DNA of 64,000 nucleotides from Acutalibacteraceae bacterium (GTDB lineage Bacteria; Bacillota; Clostridia; Oscillospirales; Acutalibacteraceae): NCBI GenBank assembly GCA_045542485.1, contig JAZQLC010000027.1, positions 11,859 to 75,858 of the forward strand, read 5' to 3'. Shown piece by piece: positions 61,583 to 64,000 of this stretch (position 1 is its first letter; each line of letters starts with the position of its first letter). The notes under the pieces were generated by a model. It saw only the letters and a program-made list of their open reading frames with translations, ran no database searches and was not told where the DNA came from. The position numbers and the translations under genes were made by a program.

Positions 61583-62887
61583 TTAAACTTTTATCTCCAG
61601 ATAATCGCTTGTGTTTCCCCAGACATCTTCAGCACATACCTTTACGGTAAAGTTTTTAGTGAGTGTTATAAAACCGTCAAAAGTTATACTTTCGGGCATA
61701 TCTGAGAAGAAATACTCAGAAAACGCCCAATCTTCATAGATAGTTTTCCCCTTTTCATTGAGCACGGAAATTCTGTAAAGGAACACCTCATTATCCTCGC
61801 TTACCTTTGCCTGAGGTACGGTTATGTAATGCTTAAGTCCGTTCTTCTCGTAATGAAGAGCTGCACCTTCAGGGAAAACAGGAGCAGAGGATTTTTCTTT
61901 TCTCGTCTCAAAAGAGTATTTCACCTTGTTTTCTTCGGTGATATTATCTATGAGGAACTCTCTCATAATCTTGCCCGCATCCACATCGAGTACTTTCACG
62001 AGAACTCTGTTATCAGCGTCAACCTCTATAATGAGTGCCTGACTCATTCTGTCTTTATCCTGGGGGAACTGTCCGTTTTTACCGTCTACGGCGAGTTCAA
62101 AATAAGCAAGACCGCCGTCATTTATGGCTGTGAAGCTACCCTGCCATACAGCTCTGGGATCATTTGCAGGGAAATGAGAATGTCCCGAAATGTGTACCAC
62201 CTGAGGATACTTTGATAGCACATCCGTAAAAACATCTAAACCCCAGCCGTCAGTTTCACTGCTTCCGTAAACCGTATCCTTTACATGCTCGTGCTGGAAC
62301 ACAAACACAGGCTTTTCAGGATCATCTTTAACTGCAGCAGCAATATTTTCGTCAAGCCATTTCACCTGCTTATCAGTGTAATGCTTAAGTGTTGCAGAAC
62401 GGGAAACACCGATGAAATGGAAACCGCCGATTACTTTGTGAAAATCAGGCTCCTGACCAGTTATTCCCTCAAAAACCTTAAGACTGTTGTTTAAATGGGT
62501 ATAACTGTCGTGGGATTTGGCTACTACTGCCAGGCGCTCAGTCCCCTCGCGGATTTCAAAATCGGTTATGGCGGCGAAAGAAAAAAACGAGCCCAAAAAG
62601 CCATTGTCGGTAATATCGCCCGAAATCACCACTGCATCTAAATTTTTATAATCCTCATCCGCTTCACTTATGGCATAAGCGGTTTTTATCATAGAAGAAA
62701 GTCTTTTACTGCCCGTGTCACCGAGTTTTTCTATGTGGGTATCACTGGAAGATACAAAGCGCATAACAGGAACGAAGTCGTCCTGCTTCATTTCAGGAAC
62801 GGGTGCTACAAAGGACGGGGTTGTAAGTGAGGCAAAAAAAGTGAATATACTAAGAATGATACCGGTTAAAAATGATGCTATGCTCAT
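61583..62887 (-). CDS. Secreted/anchored metallophosphoesterase
   Basis: AAGGAG lies 8 nt upstream and there is an N-terminal hydrophobic segment. Motifs are SSDTHIE, ISGDITDNG, QHEH and ISGHSH. Confidence 0.7.
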   Translation of the reverse strand: MSIASFLTGIILSIFTFFASLTTPSFVAPVPEMKQDDFVPVMRFVSSSDTHIEKLGDTGSKRLSSMIKTAYAISEADEDYKNLDAVVISGDITDNGFLGSFFSFAAITDFEIREGTERLAVVAKSHDSYTHLNNSLKVFEGITGQEPDFHKVIGGFHFIGVSRSATLKHYTDKQVKWLDENIAAAVKDDPEKPVFVFQHEHVKDTVYGSSETDGWGLDVFTDVLSKYPQVVHISGHSHFPANDPRAVWQGSFTAINDGGLAYFELAVDGKNGQFPQDKDRMSQALIIEVDADNRVLVKVLDVDAGKIMREFLIDNITEENKVKYSFETRKEKSSAPVFPEGAALHYEKNGLKHYITVPQAKVSEDNEVFLYRISVLNEKGKTIYEDWAFSEYFFSDMPESITFDGFITLTKNFTVKVCAEDVWGNTSDYLEIKV

Positions 62888-63064
62888 ATATTATTCTCCT
62901 TTACTGATAAGTTACAACCTTGCAAGTCCATAATATCACTTAAGGAAATCGTTGTCAATATTTCAATCGGGTACAGGTGTATCGTTCACATTTATTCACT
63001 CTTACTTCCTGAAAAATCCTGGATGCAATTTTAGTGAAGAGTGAAGAGGTAATATGTAAGAAGT

Positions 63065-63099
63065 AAAAATCCTGAACGCTGTCGCATTCAGGATTTTTT
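63065..63099 (-). terminator. Rho-independent terminator after the partial transporter gene
   Basis: AAAAATCCTGAA (63065-76) pairs with TTCAGGATTTTT (63087-98). It lies 3 nt after stop 63102. Confidence 0.7.
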
Positions 63100-63101
63100 G
63101 A

Positions 63102-64000
63102 TTAATTTGAAAGAATTGAATTAGTTGTAATTGATTCCGGCGTCTCCTGTGTATTTCCGATAAGAGAATTACGCCTTTCAATCATAGCCGCCGACTCAAC
63201 GGGGATTCCCGCATGAAGTTCTCCCGGTTCTGCAAAAACGAGGCCGCCCTCGTAATCCGCCGGGAAATAGCCTTCCTTGGCAAGCTTTTCTCTTTGTTTG
63301 AGAACCTCCATAACATATTCGTGCTGCGGATTGTTGAAATCCCAGAACAGGTACGGGATAATCATAAGAACGAAGCCGGCAAGGTCAAACGCCAACGGAA
63401 CTGCAAGAATGTGGAATCTTGCGGAATCGATAAAAAGAACATCCCAGTTTGAATTAAATCCGTTTTTGAGAATGAGTACAGGTATTATCAGGCTGACAAA
63501 TGTGGTAACAGGAGAAATAATCCAGTTGAACACACCGCTGAAATTCTCGAGACGTTCACCGGAAAGATACATCTGATAGTCATTCTTTCTGATAGTCATA
63601 TCGGAATCAGCAACATCGGGAATTGAGTTTGCAAAACCTTTGATAAATTCACACGTAAAAATAACAATACCGCACAGATTCTGCTTTGTGGGAAAAGCCA
63701 TAATAGTCAGCATTTCTGCAATGGAATTTACCGCGCAAACAACAAGCTTGGTGACTTTTAGGGTTCTGTATGAAAACCTCTTTACAAAGTAAGGGGCAAT
63801 AAAGCTGAGCGGTGTGGACCTGAAGCTGTACAAGGTTTTCATCAAACCGTAAATTGCGCATTGGGTGTACATACGGAACGAGAAGAAATACATAACATTT
63901 GTAAGGTTTATCATTCCGTTTCCGAAAGAATCAAGAAGCGTAGAAATGGTATTGAGCCAGTTATACTTATTTTTCATGACCTGAGAAATTCCGTACCAGA
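63102..64000 (-). CDS. Paralog of the 43337-45103 transporter, partial (N-terminus beyond the window end)
   Basis: The frame stays open to position 64000 (WYGISQVMKNKYNWL aligns with FWDGMFGVLKNKYLLI of the 613-aa paralog). The C-terminal LFWDFNNPQHEYVMEVLKQRE aligns with LFWDYDSKKQNMVMEVLKRRA. Confidence 0.6.
   Translation of the reverse strand, partial: WYGISQVMKNKYNWLNTISTLLDSFGNGMINLTNVMYFFSFRMYTQCAIYGLMKTLYSFRSTPLSFIAPYFVKRFSYRTLKVTKLVVCAVNSIAEMLTIMAFPTKQNLCGIVIFTCEFIKGFANSIPDVADSDMTIRKNDYQMYLSGERLENFSGVFNWIISPVTTFVSLIIPVLILKNGFNSNWDVLFIDSARFHILAVPLAFDLAGFVLMIIPYLFWDFNNPQHEYVMEVLKQREKLAKEGYFPADYEGGLVFAEPGELHAGIPVESAAMIERRNSLIGNTQETPESITTNSILSN

Noticed and set aside
61470-63069. Similar strings TTAGTGAATAGTGAAAAAGTAA (about 61471) and TTAGTGAAGAGTGAAGAGGTAA (about 63031) just upstream of two terminator hairpins
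   Set aside because: These are short, AT/GA-rich and seen in only two copies. I could not distinguish them from chance or generic 3'-UTR composition without a genome-wide count.

Overview
64-kb window that looks like the chromosome of an endospore-forming Firmicute, probably a glycan-foraging Clostridia-type organism. This is inferred from spoIVA, cspA, GGAGG-type RBSs and many cytoplasmic or secreted glycan enzymes. All calls come from reading the supplied ORF translations and the DNA by eye; no searches or statistics were run.

Layout:
(A) 1-26.8 kb is one long minus-strand locus. It holds a degenerate EAL protein, two paralogous secreted proteins with SipW-type signal peptides, and a SipW-type signal peptidase with a charged tail. 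These are followed by a membrane-anchored McrB-like AAA+ NTPase and a DUF2357/McrC-N-like partner that has no nuclease domain and ends in a ~430-aa K/E-rich repeat rod. The locus continues with a 5,697-aa GLUG/beta-helix surface protein, a TasA/camelysin-like protein and two more SipW peptidases.
(B) 27-35.6 kb carries sugar metabolism: ThuA plus two Gfo/Idh/MocA oxidoreductases, a cytoplasmic GH89, a NahK-like kinase, a GDPD-like protein and L-serine dehydratase.
(C) 35.7-45.1 kb is a minus-strand block. It contains an HTH-XRE/TM/lipase fusion, hydrolases, two paralogous lipoproteins, a GH42 beta-galactosidase, a BspA-type LRR protein and a large transporter.
(D) 45.3-56.3 kb carries a histidine-phosphatase fusion, cspA, spoIVA, a PHP-like secreted protein, a sulfatase/phosphoesterase/beta-helix/YdjC operon and an SDR.
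(E) tRNA-Arg(ACG) at 56.4 kb is followed by a decayed integrative-element remnant: a 5'-truncated polyvalent protein fused in frame to the last ~50 aa of a tyrosine integrase.
(F) 60.6-64 kb carries an SGNH hydrolase, a metallophosphoesterase and a second, partial copy of the transporter.

The most interesting signal is the reader-less, nuclease-less McrBC-like pair wired into the SipW/TasA-like/giant-adhesin locus. No CRISPR array, rRNA or intact transposase was seen.
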